Source: Candidatus Adlerbacteria bacterium (GTDB taxonomy: Bacteria > Patescibacteriota > Minisyncoccia > Phycocordibacterales > SBAW01). Taken from it: 64,000 nucleotides of DNA. The translations under genes and the position numbers were made by a program. Of the stretch, positions 10,756 through 20,424 are shown piece after piece (the stretch's first letter is position 1; each line of letters opens with the position of its first letter). The stretch covers positions 229,033 to 293,032 of the forward strand of contig CAVVLG010000002.1 in NCBI GenBank assembly GCA_963749085.1. Reading direction: 5' to 3'. Under the pieces are notes generated by a model. It was not told the DNA's origin. It saw only the letters and a list, made by a program, of their open reading frames with translations, and did no database searches.

Positions 10756-12620
10756 GTCAGTAAGGCGTCATAGATGGCGAGCAACTTCGGAAGAATCTCA
10801 GGCCATCCAAAATAGGATCGCGCGTAGTGCGTGGAATACGAGCTCATCTTCTCTAAGTGGACATCGTCGTTAACGATCGTCGTGATGGCCCGTCGTACGC
10901 TTGATTCGGAGGGCTGATCGAGAAAATAGATGAGCTTCTCATCCAAGTGATAGCGCCGGTAGCCTGCATCATAGGTCGTGATAATGGGGAGTCCGGTTGC
11001 CATCGCTTCCTGTACGGACAGCGGAAACCCCTCCCCTTCGGAGGGCAGCACAAAAATATCTGCCGCCTGATAAATCTCGGCGACCACGGATTGCGGAAAC
11101 GGCCCAAGAAAAACGACGTTTTCACTACTTTGCCGTGGAGTTTCGTTTCCGACCAGTACAATCTGGTAATATTCGCTCTGCGCGGCGAGCAGTTTATCAA
11201 CTCCCTTTTTGGGCACAAATCGTCCCACAAAGAGAATGATCTTTTTGTGCGGGCTCAAATGATATTTCCTTCTCAGCGCTTGTTTGTGCTCTAGAGTGAC
11301 CGGATGAAACAAGGAGAGGTCTACGCCGTTTGAGAGCGCCTGCAGTTTACTGCGATGTATACCCCCGTTGAGTAAAAACAGCTCCACCCGGTCGTTGAGG
11401 GTGATAATGCGTGCGCTTAAACGGAAAATGATGGCGCCGGTCGTGGCATAGACGAGGCGCTGCATGGTCTTCACCAAGAGATTGGGATGCATGATCATTT
11501 CGACGTGCTGGGTTAAGACGATGGGTTTTTCACATACCCGTGCGCACAGTGCGGCAAGAAACGAGCTCATATAGAAGGCGTCGTGAATGTGTACAATATC
11601 GGCAGTCCTCGTCTGCCTGAAGAGTACGAGGAGAAACTGCGGCGAAAAGATCGGGAATGGTACGCCCCAGCGTTCAAAAATATTCCACGCGCCTACGCGT
11701 ATAATCGTCAAATTCTTTTGAAGACAATCCGGCCCCTCAGCGGCGATGCCGCTCGTCACGACGGTCACGCGGTGTCCGGCGGCGGAGAGCAACTCCGCCT
11801 GACTCTTGACGACAATTTCGAGCCCACCGACATGCGGCGGATAATAGCTCGAGACAATGAGAATGTTTTTAGTGCAGGAAGGAAGTCTGGGGGCTTCGGC
11901 ACGCTCTGGCCGCCAGAAGGTATTGCGCATGAGCATGAGCAGGATGCGGCTCCCGTCCTTCAGCGGATGCAAGTTCGATACGCTGCCGACCCGAGGATGA
12001 TAGCTGATGGGCACGCAATAAATCTCCTGCCCCAAACGCGCCATTTTGGTTATCATCTCCATCTCGATGGCAAAGCCGTCTGAGCGCAAGTGCGGGCGCA
12101 ACTCAGTCAGAGCTTCCCTTCTCCACGCGAAGTAGCCCGTGAGCACGTCGGTGACGTTCACACGATACAGCGAGCGCACCAGGTGTGAGAAAATCCAATT
12201 GCCTGCGCGGTTACACAACGTCATCGAGCCGTCATGAATGCGGCCGCCCAGCCGCGAGCCGAGCGCCACATCGCAAAAGCCCGAGTCCAGGAGCTCCAGC
12301 AAGCGCAAAATCTCCTCCGGCCGGTAGGTGTTGTCGCCGTCGAGCATCACGACGTAGTCGGTATCCTCCGTCACTGCCGCAAATCCGCGGCGCATCGCGT
12401 TGCCTTTGCCGCGGCGAGGTTCATCAATGACCCTCACCCCGTGTTGGCGTGCGATTCTCGCCGAGTCATCGGTTGAATTATTGTTGATGACGATGATGGT
12501 GAGGTCGTAGCCGTAGGTGCGCAACTTCTCTGTCGGGAAACTCCTGAGCACGGCCTCAAGGCTCTCCGCTTCGTTGAAGCAGGGGATAAGCGCGGTGACT
12601 TTTTTATTCGTGCGTTTCAT
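10752..12620 (-). CDS. GT2 (DPM-synthase-like) - GT4 fusion glycosyltransferase
   Basis: IPCFNE, NNSTD, MLDGDNTY, DVLTGY, FAIEMEM then YYPPHVGGLE and EGFPLSVQEAMATG. Confidence 0.9.
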   Translation of the reverse strand: MKRTNKKVTALIPCFNEAESLEAVLRSFPTEKLRTYGYDLTIIVINNNSTDDSARIARQHGVRVIDEPRRGKGNAMRRGFAAVTEDTDYVVMLDGDNTYRPEEILRLLELLDSGFCDVALGSRLGGRIHDGSMTLCNRAGNWIFSHLVRSLYRVNVTDVLTGYFAWRREALTELRPHLRSDGFAIEMEMITKMARLGQEIYCVPISYHPRVGSVSNLHPLKDGSRILLMLMRNTFWRPERAEAPRLPSCTKNILIVSSYYPPHVGGLEIVVKSQAELLSAAGHRVTVVTSGIAAEGPDCLQKNLTIIRVGAWNIFERWGVPFPIFSPQFLLVLFRQTRTADIVHIHDAFYMSSFLAALCARVCEKPIVLTQHVEMIMHPNLLVKTMQRLVYATTGAIIFRLSARIITLNDRVELFLLNGGIHRSKLQALSNGVDLSLFHPVTLEHKQALRRKYHLSPHKKIILFVGRFVPKKGVDKLLAAQSEYYQIVLVGNETPRQSSENVVFLGPFPQSVVAEIYQAADIFVLPSEGEGFPLSVQEAMATGLPIITTYDAGYRRYHLDEKLIYFLDQPSESSVRRAITTIVNDDVHLEKMSSYSTHYARSYFGWPEILPKLLAIYDALLT

Positions 12621-13075
12621 GGTTGTGTCGTCGTCGGCACATAAAAGTCGATGTGTTGCTGAAGCGTCGGCAAAAGAACGATAAACTCGCCTGGCTCCCA
12701 CGCGTAGCTCAGCACCGCTGCTTCACTGATGGTGCTCGAGGCATTGTCTGCAAGCGTGATGACTCCCTCATCGATGGTCGTGGTGCCAAGCGATCTCATG
12801 ACATAGACCAGGTAGGGGTAGGTCGTGGTCGTACCCTCAACGTTGTGGATGGTGAAGGAGAATGAAATAGTTGTGCCGTTGGTGACTTGCGAAGGATCTT
12901 GTGGATAGGTGTCGAAATATAACTCGGTGAAGGGCTCAGGCTCGGGAATAAGTTTAAGCGCATTGAGTTCGTTGTAGAGGGGCACGCGCGCAAGATACAG
13001 CAGCACGCACAATGCTATGCCACCGCCCAAAAGAAGAAGGATCGTCTTTGTCTTTTGCGTTGGGGAATCTGACAT
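12617..13075 (-). CDS. DUF1616-like membrane-anchored protein
   Basis: N-terminal TM, EPFTELYF and IHNVEG..TY motifs; 4-nt overlap with downstream GT gene. Confidence 0.65.
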   Translation of the reverse strand: MSDSPTQKTKTILLLLGGGIALCVLLYLARVPLYNELNALKLIPEPEPFTELYFDTYPQDPSQVTNGTTISFSFTIHNVEGTTTTYPYLVYVMRSLGTTTIDEGVITLADNASSTISEAAVLSYAWEPGEFIVLLPTLQQHIDFYVPTTTQP

Positions 13076-13760
13076 CGGGATACTGATGAGAGCTATGGTT
13101 GGTGACCTCCGACGCTTACCAGATGCTGCGATAAGAGGAGGGCCGATTGGCTCCCTCGCGTGTATAGAGTGGGTGAGAACGTGTCGGCCTTAGAGTGACT
13201 AGCCGAAACGGAAGTGCTCTTATTTTTTTTGCGCAGTCGCCGCCCATACGTAGTGCATAGCGGAAGCGTTCATCCCTGATGGAAGTTCCAAGAATGAAGC
13301 ACAGCAGAAAGAGAGAGGACACACCAAAGGTGAAGTCCAACGTACTTTTAGTGGTATCAGTAGGCGGCCTCTCTGGTCAACAAGAGAAAGGTATATAACT
13401 GTGTGGACAAGCTGTGGAAAAGCTGTGACGAAGTCTGGGTAACATTCCCTGCTACCCGTTTGGTCCATAGGCGAGAGCGTTTTTGTATGAGCGCTCTTTA
13501 CATCGCCAATCTTTAGTTCTAGAAACTAACTTCGCGCAAGGTCTCAGGCGTACGCGTTTATTACAAGCACCACGATGTGGTAGTTCATGAAAAATGACCC
13601 GCGGGGAGTTTACGCCCGGGGTTCCTTTCGCAGGGTAATACGGAGCAGCGACATCGAGGACGATGTCGCCAGGATTCCATTCATCCCTATCGTTAGTGCA
13701 GACCTCGATATTATTTTCCACTTAGATAGAGTCATAAACTTGTCATCCCGACTGCGACGT

Positions 13761-14006
13761 TCATATATCCCGGTAGGTCCCTTCATTTCGGAGGCGTATA
13801 TCTACAAGTTTGATAGAAGTATCTTGGATCGAAAAAATAATCCGATACTTCCCTACCCGAATCCGAAATAGAGCATGAGTACCTGAAAGCTTTTCTATGC
13901 GAAGCTGCACGCGACAGGACTCGTCATTCAAGCACTTAAGCGCCTCGAGCACTTGGGCGCGATGTTTGGGAGGCATCCGCCGAAGCAGCTTCTCGAGGTG
14001 CTTCAT
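13761..14006 (-). CDS. RelE/ParE family toxin
   Basis: EKLSG..LFRIRVGKYRIIF...IRLRNEGTY. Confidence 0.85.
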   Translation of the reverse strand: MKHLEKLLRRMPPKHRAQVLEALKCLNDESCRVQLRIEKLSGTHALFRIRVGKYRIIFSIQDTSIKLVDIRLRNEGTYRDI

Positions 14007-14016
14007 ACCACTGGGT

Positions 14017-14208
14017 TTAAGTTTCTTCTTCCTCGAGCTTGTGCAAGACGCGGATGAATTCTTCTACTGGGACACCTTTACCATTGTTATCACGGGCAGC
14101 ATTGAATATCACGGCATCATCCGCTTCGCCAATCGCATGCCTCCACGCCGCTGCTTCGCGCTTTAAAGTTTCGTACTCCCCTTTGTCGATGGTTACCTTA
14201 GTGTCCAT
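14017..14208 (-). CDS. putative antitoxin
   Basis: Small ORF directly upstream of RelE; VTIDKGEYETLK start and acidic C-terminus. Confidence 0.65.
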   Translation of the reverse strand: MDTKVTIDKGEYETLKREAAAWRHAIGEADDAVIFNAARDNNGKGVPVEEFIRVLHKLEEEET

Positions 14209-14239
14209 GCTCACAGTATAGCATGGTCCTTACGTTGGT

Positions 14240-14605
14240 CTAACCAGGAAACGCTTCGAGTGGCCAGCTCATATACGCAAGTGCGAGCGCTGCGGCAGCA
14301 ATGGACAGATCTCGGAAGAGAAGTTGAAACTCAGGGAGATTAAAGAGGACTATCGCAATTAAGAGTAGGGCCGCGAGGGTGGAAGGAATATACACCTTTT
14401 TCCCCGAGAGTATCCAGAGCGCGATGACTATCTCAAGAAGTCCGAAGCCATTGAGCAAGACCAGGTCGGGCACGATACCGCGCATAAACTGCGGGAAGAA
14501 ATCAATCCAGGAGTACGGGTCGAAAAAAGCATTGATAGGCGCGTACAGGAAGGGAAACGCGACCCCGACGCGCAGGACGACAGTTACTATCTTGCTTTTG
14601 TCCAT
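14240..14605 (-). CDS. DoxX-like membrane protein
   Basis: LRVG, W..FFP, GLLEI, LFRDLSI motifs; 4 TMs. Confidence 0.75.
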   Translation of the reverse strand: MDKSKIVTVVLRVGVAFPFLYAPINAFFDPYSWIDFFPQFMRGIVPDLVLLNGFGLLEIVIALWILSGKKVYIPSTLAALLLIAIVLFNLPEFQLLFRDLSIAAAALALAYMSWPLEAFPG

Positions 14606-14740
14606 AGGGGCTTATCTTACGCCAATAAATCGATTCGAACATCGTCCAGCAGGCAATAATAAGTGCCAGTAATGGTAGCGACAAGAGACTCAACCTTGTG
14701 TTGAGCCTCTTCAGTAAGCGGAAAAGAGATGAGCCTCTCC

Positions 14741-14923
14741 TTATGGAGTAACTCGTATGCTTGGCAGACGTCGTTCGACGTCACGGGTTGAAATATCCTT
14801 CTTTCCAGTGTCATAGTCGCGCAATGACTCTATGATAGCGCGGTTCTCCTTCAGTTGTTGTTTGGCAACCTTTACCACATCGTCCTTTTTAGCTTTAGCC
14901 TTTTGGTGTAGGAAACTAAACAT
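14741..14923 (-). CDS. small hypothetical protein
   Basis: 60-aa ORF with plausible composition. Confidence 0.45.
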   Translation of the reverse strand: MFSFLHQKAKAKKDDVVKVAKQQLKENRAIIESLRDYDTGKKDISTRDVERRLPSIRVTP

Positions 14924-15000
14924 GGGCCCAGTATATCATAGCAAACAAGATGGCCTCGGGGTCTGCCCGATACTAACGTCTTCGGGCGGACTTTCTTCGG

Positions 15001-15516
15001 TTAGGGAGTTACCACGAACCACACGCCACCCACACCTTGTCCCGTCGTGTCGCCAGGCTTTGCATCTTTAACGTAGAAGTACAGCGGCATCCCGTTGTAG
15101 GTAAGCTGCGTGGTGCCGTCAGCGCGGGTGATGGTTGCAAGCGTGCCGTTTATGCCGCTCATTGCAGCAAGAGAAGCACCGGGGGAAATAGTATAGGGCG
15201 GCCACAACACGGCGCATTGACCGGTGCAATTGGAGACGCCCGGCTTGTCAGGCGTATATTTATACAGCGTCATGCCGTTCTGAGCGACGAGGTAGGAACC
15301 GAGCGCGGCGCTCGAGCCAAGCGAGAGCACCGGCGCTACGGTAGTGTTCGTGGTCGCAACGGAGGTGGTAGTAGTGGCGGGATTTTGGGTCGTTGTTTGC
15401 GTACTCTGAGTGGGGATTGGGGTAGTGGTGGCTGAACCTTGGGAATAGAAATACCAGCCGCCAACTAAGAGGACTAAGACAATAACAACTATCCACACCA
15501 TCGTTGAAGTTTTCAT
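15001..15516 (-). CDS. secreted repeat protein (Lipoprotein_15 / COG4315-like)
   Basis: GMTLYKYTPD..SNCTGQCAVLWPP and QLTYNGMPLYFYVKD.PGDTTGQGVGGVW. Confidence 0.9.
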   Translation of the reverse strand: MKTSTMVWIVVIVLVLLVGGWYFYSQGSATTTPIPTQSTQTTTQNPATTTTSVATTNTTVAPVLSLGSSAALGSYLVAQNGMTLYKYTPDKPGVSNCTGQCAVLWPPYTISPGASLAAMSGINGTLATITRADGTTQLTYNGMPLYFYVKDAKPGDTTGQGVGGVWFVVTP

Positions 15517-15640
15517 AGGGAGTACGTTACTTGGTAAGGGAGAACGGAAGACACTATAGCACTCTCAGTGCAAAATACCATTGCGACGTAAACTGTGAGG
15601 ACAGTACTACCTGTGCCTACCATGGAGCGGTGATCCTTCA

Positions 15641-15907
15641 CTAACGGGCTCGCTCAAGACGAGCGATCCGACGACCATATGCAAGGATGGTCACAGCGTC
15701 TTTATCAACCGCTCGGGATACTGCACCCAATACCTCGTCAATCTCATCGAAACGACCTGAGTGTTCTCTTTGGATCTTTTGTAACTGTCTACTATCAGTT
15801 TGAATATTTTGTAAGTGTGCAAAAACAATATCAAATTTTTTGTCCACTAAATCAAATTTTTTGTCCACCAAATCGTATAACTGCTTCAGGGTCGTTTCCT
15901 TTGCCAT
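15641..15907 (-). CDS. small coiled-coil protein with heptad repeat
   Basis: DLVDKKF repeated twice (21-bp tandem repeat near 15829-15874); ends RIARLE. Confidence 0.6.
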   Translation of the reverse strand: MAKETTLKQLYDLVDKKFDLVDKKFDIVFAHLQNIQTDSRQLQKIQREHSGRFDEIDEVLGAVSRAVDKDAVTILAYGRRIARLERAR

Positions 15908-16060
15908 AGGTCCACAGTATAACAGAATTCTGCTTTGTAAACCAAGCAGGTCCGAGACCTTCACTCTTGGAGGTACATGAACTGTGCCTATACTCTGCAG
16001 CACCGCACGATGAAAAAAACTACCCAAGACATCTTGGGTAGTAGAGGTTGTTACCGAGTC

Positions 16061-16903
16061 TCACCCGGCGATGAGCACGTCGCTGTCGCAGCGCTCTCCC
16101 GGAGCAAGGAGCGGGAGGCCGGCAATGTTCTTGTAGTACGGGCTCAGATCCGACCGCATGAGGGAGTGGAACGCCGGCCAGTTCGTATTGACGAAGTACG
16201 TCTCTTGCAGGTCGCTGAAGTGAAAGTCCGTGCGCATGATGCGCGCGACATCCTCCTCACATTCCGCGTCGAAACGCACCCGGAGTGGCTTGCCTTCAGT
16301 TGCATTGCGGAGCTCCTCCGGCGAGGACGCAAGGGCCGCGCCAAAGCCCTCGAGCTTCCCCTCCTTACGCTGGAGCCCAAACTCAATGGTGTTGAGATAG
16401 AGGCGCGAGAGCGCTTTGAAGGCCGGGGTGCCGCTCACCTTGATGCTTTGCCTCCCGAACGCCTCCATCAGCGAAGCGAGATCGGGGTCGGTCAGCATCC
16501 AGAGATGCCCGCAATAGTCGTGAAAAAGGTCCGGTGCTTTCGCCCTGTCAATCTCATCGCGACCCCGTATCTTCGCTATCGCCGGGAATCTCCGTTTCGC
16601 AAAATTCAAGAAGTCTTTTTCATTCTCTGCGTACGCTATGGTAGGGTCCAGGCTCCATCGAGTCGCCCAGTAGAGTCGGGCATTGAGCTTAGGGAGGGGA
16701 GGAATACCGCCCTCAAGCATCCCAAGCCAGATGACATTTTCTTCGAAGGTTCGACAAAATCTGCCCTTCTGGGTTTGTAGTACCCTTTTGATCAAGGTAT
16801 TCCACACCCAGTGATCCTCCTTAGTGTACGCTTCGTCAGGCCCTGTTACGTGGGCCTCTGGCCGGCGTACGGTGTCAAGCATGATAGCAACTCCTTCTGC
16901 CAT
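16061..16903 (-). CDS. phhA: divergent biopterin-dependent aromatic amino acid hydroxylase (phenylalanine 4-monooxygenase-like)
   Basis: PDLFHDYCGH, LSRLY.NTIEFGL, GAALASSPEE, LQETYFV; His-His-Glu iron triad retained. Confidence 0.8.
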   Translation of the reverse strand: MAEGVAIMLDTVRRPEAHVTGPDEAYTKEDHWVWNTLIKRVLQTQKGRFCRTFEENVIWLGMLEGGIPPLPKLNARLYWATRWSLDPTIAYAENEKDFLNFAKRRFPAIAKIRGRDEIDRAKAPDLFHDYCGHLWMLTDPDLASLMEAFGRQSIKVSGTPAFKALSRLYLNTIEFGLQRKEGKLEGFGAALASSPEELRNATEGKPLRVRFDAECEEDVARIMRTDFHFSDLQETYFVNTNWPAFHSLMRSDLSPYYKNIAGLPLLAPGERCDSDVLIAG

Positions 16904-17234
16904 GTACCGGATTGAACAATCCTGCGACACCATAGTTGATATGAGTGGGTTGTCAATTGAGTGGCGATTCACTCGGGGTGTAGCACACGGCGAAGGCATC
17001 TCTTGAGGGGTAAGTTAAGAAAAAACGGCTCCTTACGGAGCCATTTTTTCAATAATGCTTCTTGCCTCATCTGTCTATTCGATGCCAACCGTACATTTGG
17101 CATCGAATAGACTCGAGGGCTTTTTAAGCACGGCGCCATTCTAGAACAGCATCCAGATACGCGCAAGTACTTTACACCGTACGTTTTGCGTGAGTATGTT
17201 TCCTCCTTCAGGAGCACCCGCGTCGGAGGTTCCG

Positions 17235-17495
17235 TTAGTAAGCTGTTTGCGTGGTGGTCGTTGAGGTGGAGTTTATGGTGCCGGTCGGCGTGTTAGTCGT
17301 CGAAGCCGTGACGTTGGTCGTCGTGATGATGCCCGCCGGTGCATTCGTGGAACCGCTGGGGTTCGCAGTGGTCTGTGTTTGGGAGGTCGGAGCGGATGCT
17401 CCCGCGCCGCTGTAGAAATAGTAGCCCGCGCCCACGAGAACGAGGATAACAAGGACAATGACCACCACCCATGGCAATGTTGAGTTAGTATTCAT
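17235..17495 (-). CDS. small membrane-anchored Thr-rich protein
   Basis: N-terminal TM and Thr/Ser-rich tail. Confidence 0.7.
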   Translation of the reverse strand: MNTNSTLPWVVVIVLVILVLVGAGYYFYSGAGASAPTSQTQTTANPSGSTNAPAGIITTTNVTASTTNTPTGTINSTSTTTTQTAY

Positions 17496-17759
17496 GCGCT
17501 ATACTCTAGCGCCACACCATGAGAAATGGATGAAGAGAAGTCCCGTGTCAAGTTTTGCCACAGCGCTCACCTCATCGGTAGCTACCAGGGGTCATTGAGC
17601 GCCTAGGGTGAAATCCCCTTTAGATATAAGGCAGATGCATAGGACGCCAGGGAGGTATCGCCCAGTCACTTCTCTTTCGCACAAATGTGACTATAATAGC
17701 GTCCCCGCTGCAATCTACTTTATTAGTGCGCGTGCAGCGTGACTAAATCCTAATCCCTT

Positions 17760-18509
17760 ATGGAATACATTGAACGAGTGTCGGTACGGAGCACTGCGGT
17801 AATTGGAATGGTAGTGCTACTCATGTGTGCGGGTCTCGTACTCTTGGAATGGAACACGGCACATGCGGCCGGTGGGTTTGGCAGCCTCACGGTCATGGAG
17901 GTGGTCTCCGGTGGTATGGCGAGCCCTTCGGACTTCACGGTTGAGATCACACAAAGTGGAACGACCAATGGTGGCGTGCTGTCGGGTTCGGGCGATGTCA
18001 TCACCTTTACCCGACTTTTGGCAGCTCCCTATATACTCACTGAATCAGGACCTCCAGGATACAGCGTTTCGTGGAGCGGAAACTGCACGGTACAGGGCGC
18101 TGTCACGATTGCAGCGAGTGAAGAGGCAGTGTGTACCGCCACGAATACCTTCACCCCCACGGGAAGCATTAAGATAGTGGACATTGTCTCTGGCGGCTCG
18201 GCCACACCGACCGATTTCACAGTGCATCTTACGAAAAGTGGCTCGGCTGATACCGGAGTCCCCTCAGGTTCGGGGAGCCCCATCCTCTTTACTCAACTCA
18301 TACCCGGCACATATACGCTCAGTGAATCAGGCGTCCCTTCCGGATACAGCACCTCCTGGAGTGGTGCCTGCGACGCACAAGGCAGCGTAGCAGTCGTGGC
18401 AAACACGACGGCGACTTGTACTCTCACGAATACCTTTAGCGCGTCGGGTGGCACAGGTACATCAAGCAGAACCAGCAGGCCGACGCCGGTGCGACAGCCC
18501 CGATCATAA
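17760..18509 (+). CDS. secreted protein with two prealbumin-like (SpaA-type) beta repeats
   Basis: Signal peptide and two repeats G.LTV..VVSGG..P.DFTV...Y.L.ESG..GYS.SWSG.C...CT.TNTF. Confidence 0.75.
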   Translation: MEYIERVSVRSTAVIGMVVLLMCAGLVLLEWNTAHAAGGFGSLTVMEVVSGGMASPSDFTVEITQSGTTNGGVLSGSGDVITFTRLLAAPYILTESGPPGYSVSWSGNCTVQGAVTIAASEEAVCTATNTFTPTGSIKIVDIVSGGSATPTDFTVHLTKSGSADTGVPSGSGSPILFTQLIPGTYTLSESGVPSGYSTSWSGACDAQGSVAVVANTTATCTLTNTFSASGGTGTSSRTSRPTPVRQPRS

Positions 18510-18542
18510 GATTCCGTACTTCACCCAGGAAGTGCTGCGCGA

Positions 18543-19001
18543 TTAGATCCCCTGATTGAGCACTCCACGGGTGAGAGGTCCTACAAAGCCACTTATAGGG
18601 CTGATGGTATTTTCCTTCTGATACTCCTTCACTGCCAGGTACGTCATAGGGCCAAACCAGCCGGTTGGCGCCGCTATGGCGAGATACCCGTCGGCGATAA
18701 GAATCTTCTGAAGTTCCATGACGTCGGTACCCCTATCGCGGTATTGGATATTGAACCTGAAGTTGTATGTGGATGCGCCAAGCACGACACCCTGCGAAGG
18801 TGCGCTGCCTGCATTGGTGCCGGTTGAACCCGTAGAGCCTACTTGATATCCGTATGACTGCGGCCCTGACACAACATCCCCACCCCCATAGCCAAAATCG
18901 GCAAGGGCCCAGGCGGGGGCCAACAGAAGCCCCAGCACAAGCATGGACGTGAGCATATACCCTGATATTGCCTTGTATAGCATAGCGTTACGGGATGCCA
19001 A
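18543..19001 (-). CDS. secreted peptidoglycan-binding domain (PG_binding_1) protein
   Basis: GTDVMELQKIL..GYL..PTGWFGPMTY.AVKEYQ...SGFVGPLTR. Confidence 0.85.
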   Translation of the reverse strand: MASRNAMLYKAISGYMLTSMLVLGLLLAPAWALADFGYGGGDVVSGPQSYGYQVGSTGSTGTNAGSAPSQGVVLGASTYNFRFNIQYRDRGTDVMELQKILIADGYLAIAAPTGWFGPMTYLAVKEYQKENTISPISGFVGPLTRGVLNQGI

Positions 19002-19126
19002 CCAGGTTCAACACCTCAAAATTGGCGCCCCTACTTTACATACAAGAAAAGATAATGCAAGCACGAGAAACAAGGCGTCTTGTAGGGCGCCACAATAGAG
19101 TCTTTTAGAGTCTCAGTACCGTTGCT

Positions 19127-19365
19127 CTAGAAAATACGGATGGTAGGAAACACAAAGGTTGGAAAATGAAGAAATGAGGGGAAAACAATCGGCGGGATCG
19201 TGATAATGAGTGGCGTGAGAACAATCGGTGGACGTTGAAAACGTTCGGAACGTTAATGGGCGGGAAGCCGCCATAGCCGAAGTCGGCGAGTGCAGCTGCT
19301 GGTGCACATACTGCCAAAACAATAGTTGCGAAGAGTACGAAGGTTGAGAATCGTTTAAATAGCAT
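19127..19365 (-). pseudogene. small secreted Pro-rich peptide gene with probable frameshift
   Basis: Signal peptide + ADFGYGG as in the neighbour; Pro-periodic sequence continues in another frame after the run at 19238-19241. Confidence 0.4.
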
Positions 19366-19426
19366 ACCTGCAATGTAAGAGGCCAGTAATACTGAAAATA
19401 CCGGAGGAGAACCAACTACTACTAGT

Positions 19427-19675
19427 TTACGACGCAATACGGTAAAGAACAAATGAAGGAGTGTTTATAACGCTTTGGAGCAGTGTGGAGTGCAAAAACG
19501 GGTAGGAAAAGGGGTCGTCATATACCTCGTCGGTGGTGAAGATGATATAGCCCACACCATAACTCTGCAGCAAGCGCACCGTCGCGTCTTGGGTAGTGGT
19601 GGCGTTTGACGTCACCGCCGCTTCTATTGCTTGGTACCCCGGGGTGATAGTTCCCTGATCCGAGAGCGGTAGAAA
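19427..19675 (-). pseudogene. C-terminal remnant of a membrane glycosyltransferase-type protein
   Basis: LLQSYGVGYII...FVLYRI is typical of GT-C C-terminal tails; 5' part absent. Confidence 0.4.
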
Positions 19676-20424
19676 GAAGCAATCTTTTCAGCTGGGGTCA
19701 TACCCCAGTATATTAGAACGCTCGTTCTAAAGGCAAGCTGAAGGCGTGGTATAGTGTGACATCAGCCGAAGTCAACATCGACGTATTTTTTATATTCCTT
19801 CCCTAATACCATTCTGGCGGGAAAGGTATTGTTTGCCTTTGAAGCGGTGGGAAAGGGAATAAAAGGGTTGTGCTTTATGAATTGTGCGCCCGAACTTCCA
19901 TATTTGTCGAGACCGGCAAGCGCATATGCCAGACAATGTACAAAATGGTCGGGCCCATTGCGCTTCCAGATAAACTCTGCGCCATAATTAGTGGCTACAT
20001 CATGGCCCGGCTTATTAATGGCCGTTTTAATCTCGCGATAGATATGGTCAAACTGAGAGGCGAAGTCTTTCCACTCCTCAACTTTTCCATTGAGTCTAAT
20101 GCGGCCTATGTCTCTCAGTTGCTCGACCATCCACTGCAGCCATTGGTTCCTGTCTATACGAACCGTTCCCTGTTCCTCATTCTGTCCCCATCTGACCATT
20201 TCCTTCGATTTGTGGTCTTTTTGATAGTACACAAGGAACACGCGTCCAGGATATCTTGCTTGCAGTTTCCGTATGCCAATCAAATCTCCTCCCTGGTCGG
20301 CCATGATAATACTAGTGGGCCAACGCAAAAGGAACTTCTCTAGTGCGTCGTAAGGGTCGTAGTCTTTGGAGGGGGGTTTGCACTGGCCGTAATGGAACAC
20401 GCCTTGTTTGTTCATAAGGGTGTA

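Noticed and set aside
13400-13420. DnaA-box-like TGTGGACAA / TGTGGAAAA pair as chromosomal origin
   Set aside because: Only two imperfect boxes and no dnaA/dnaN nearby; such motifs are common in intergenic DNA of these genomes
13452-13721. Short ORF with HELPH (HExxH) motif
   Set aside because: No convincing start or domain context; possibly a gene fragment but not assignable
15829-15874. 21-bp tandem repeat as a regulatory array
   Set aside because: Explained by the coding heptad repeat DLVDKKF
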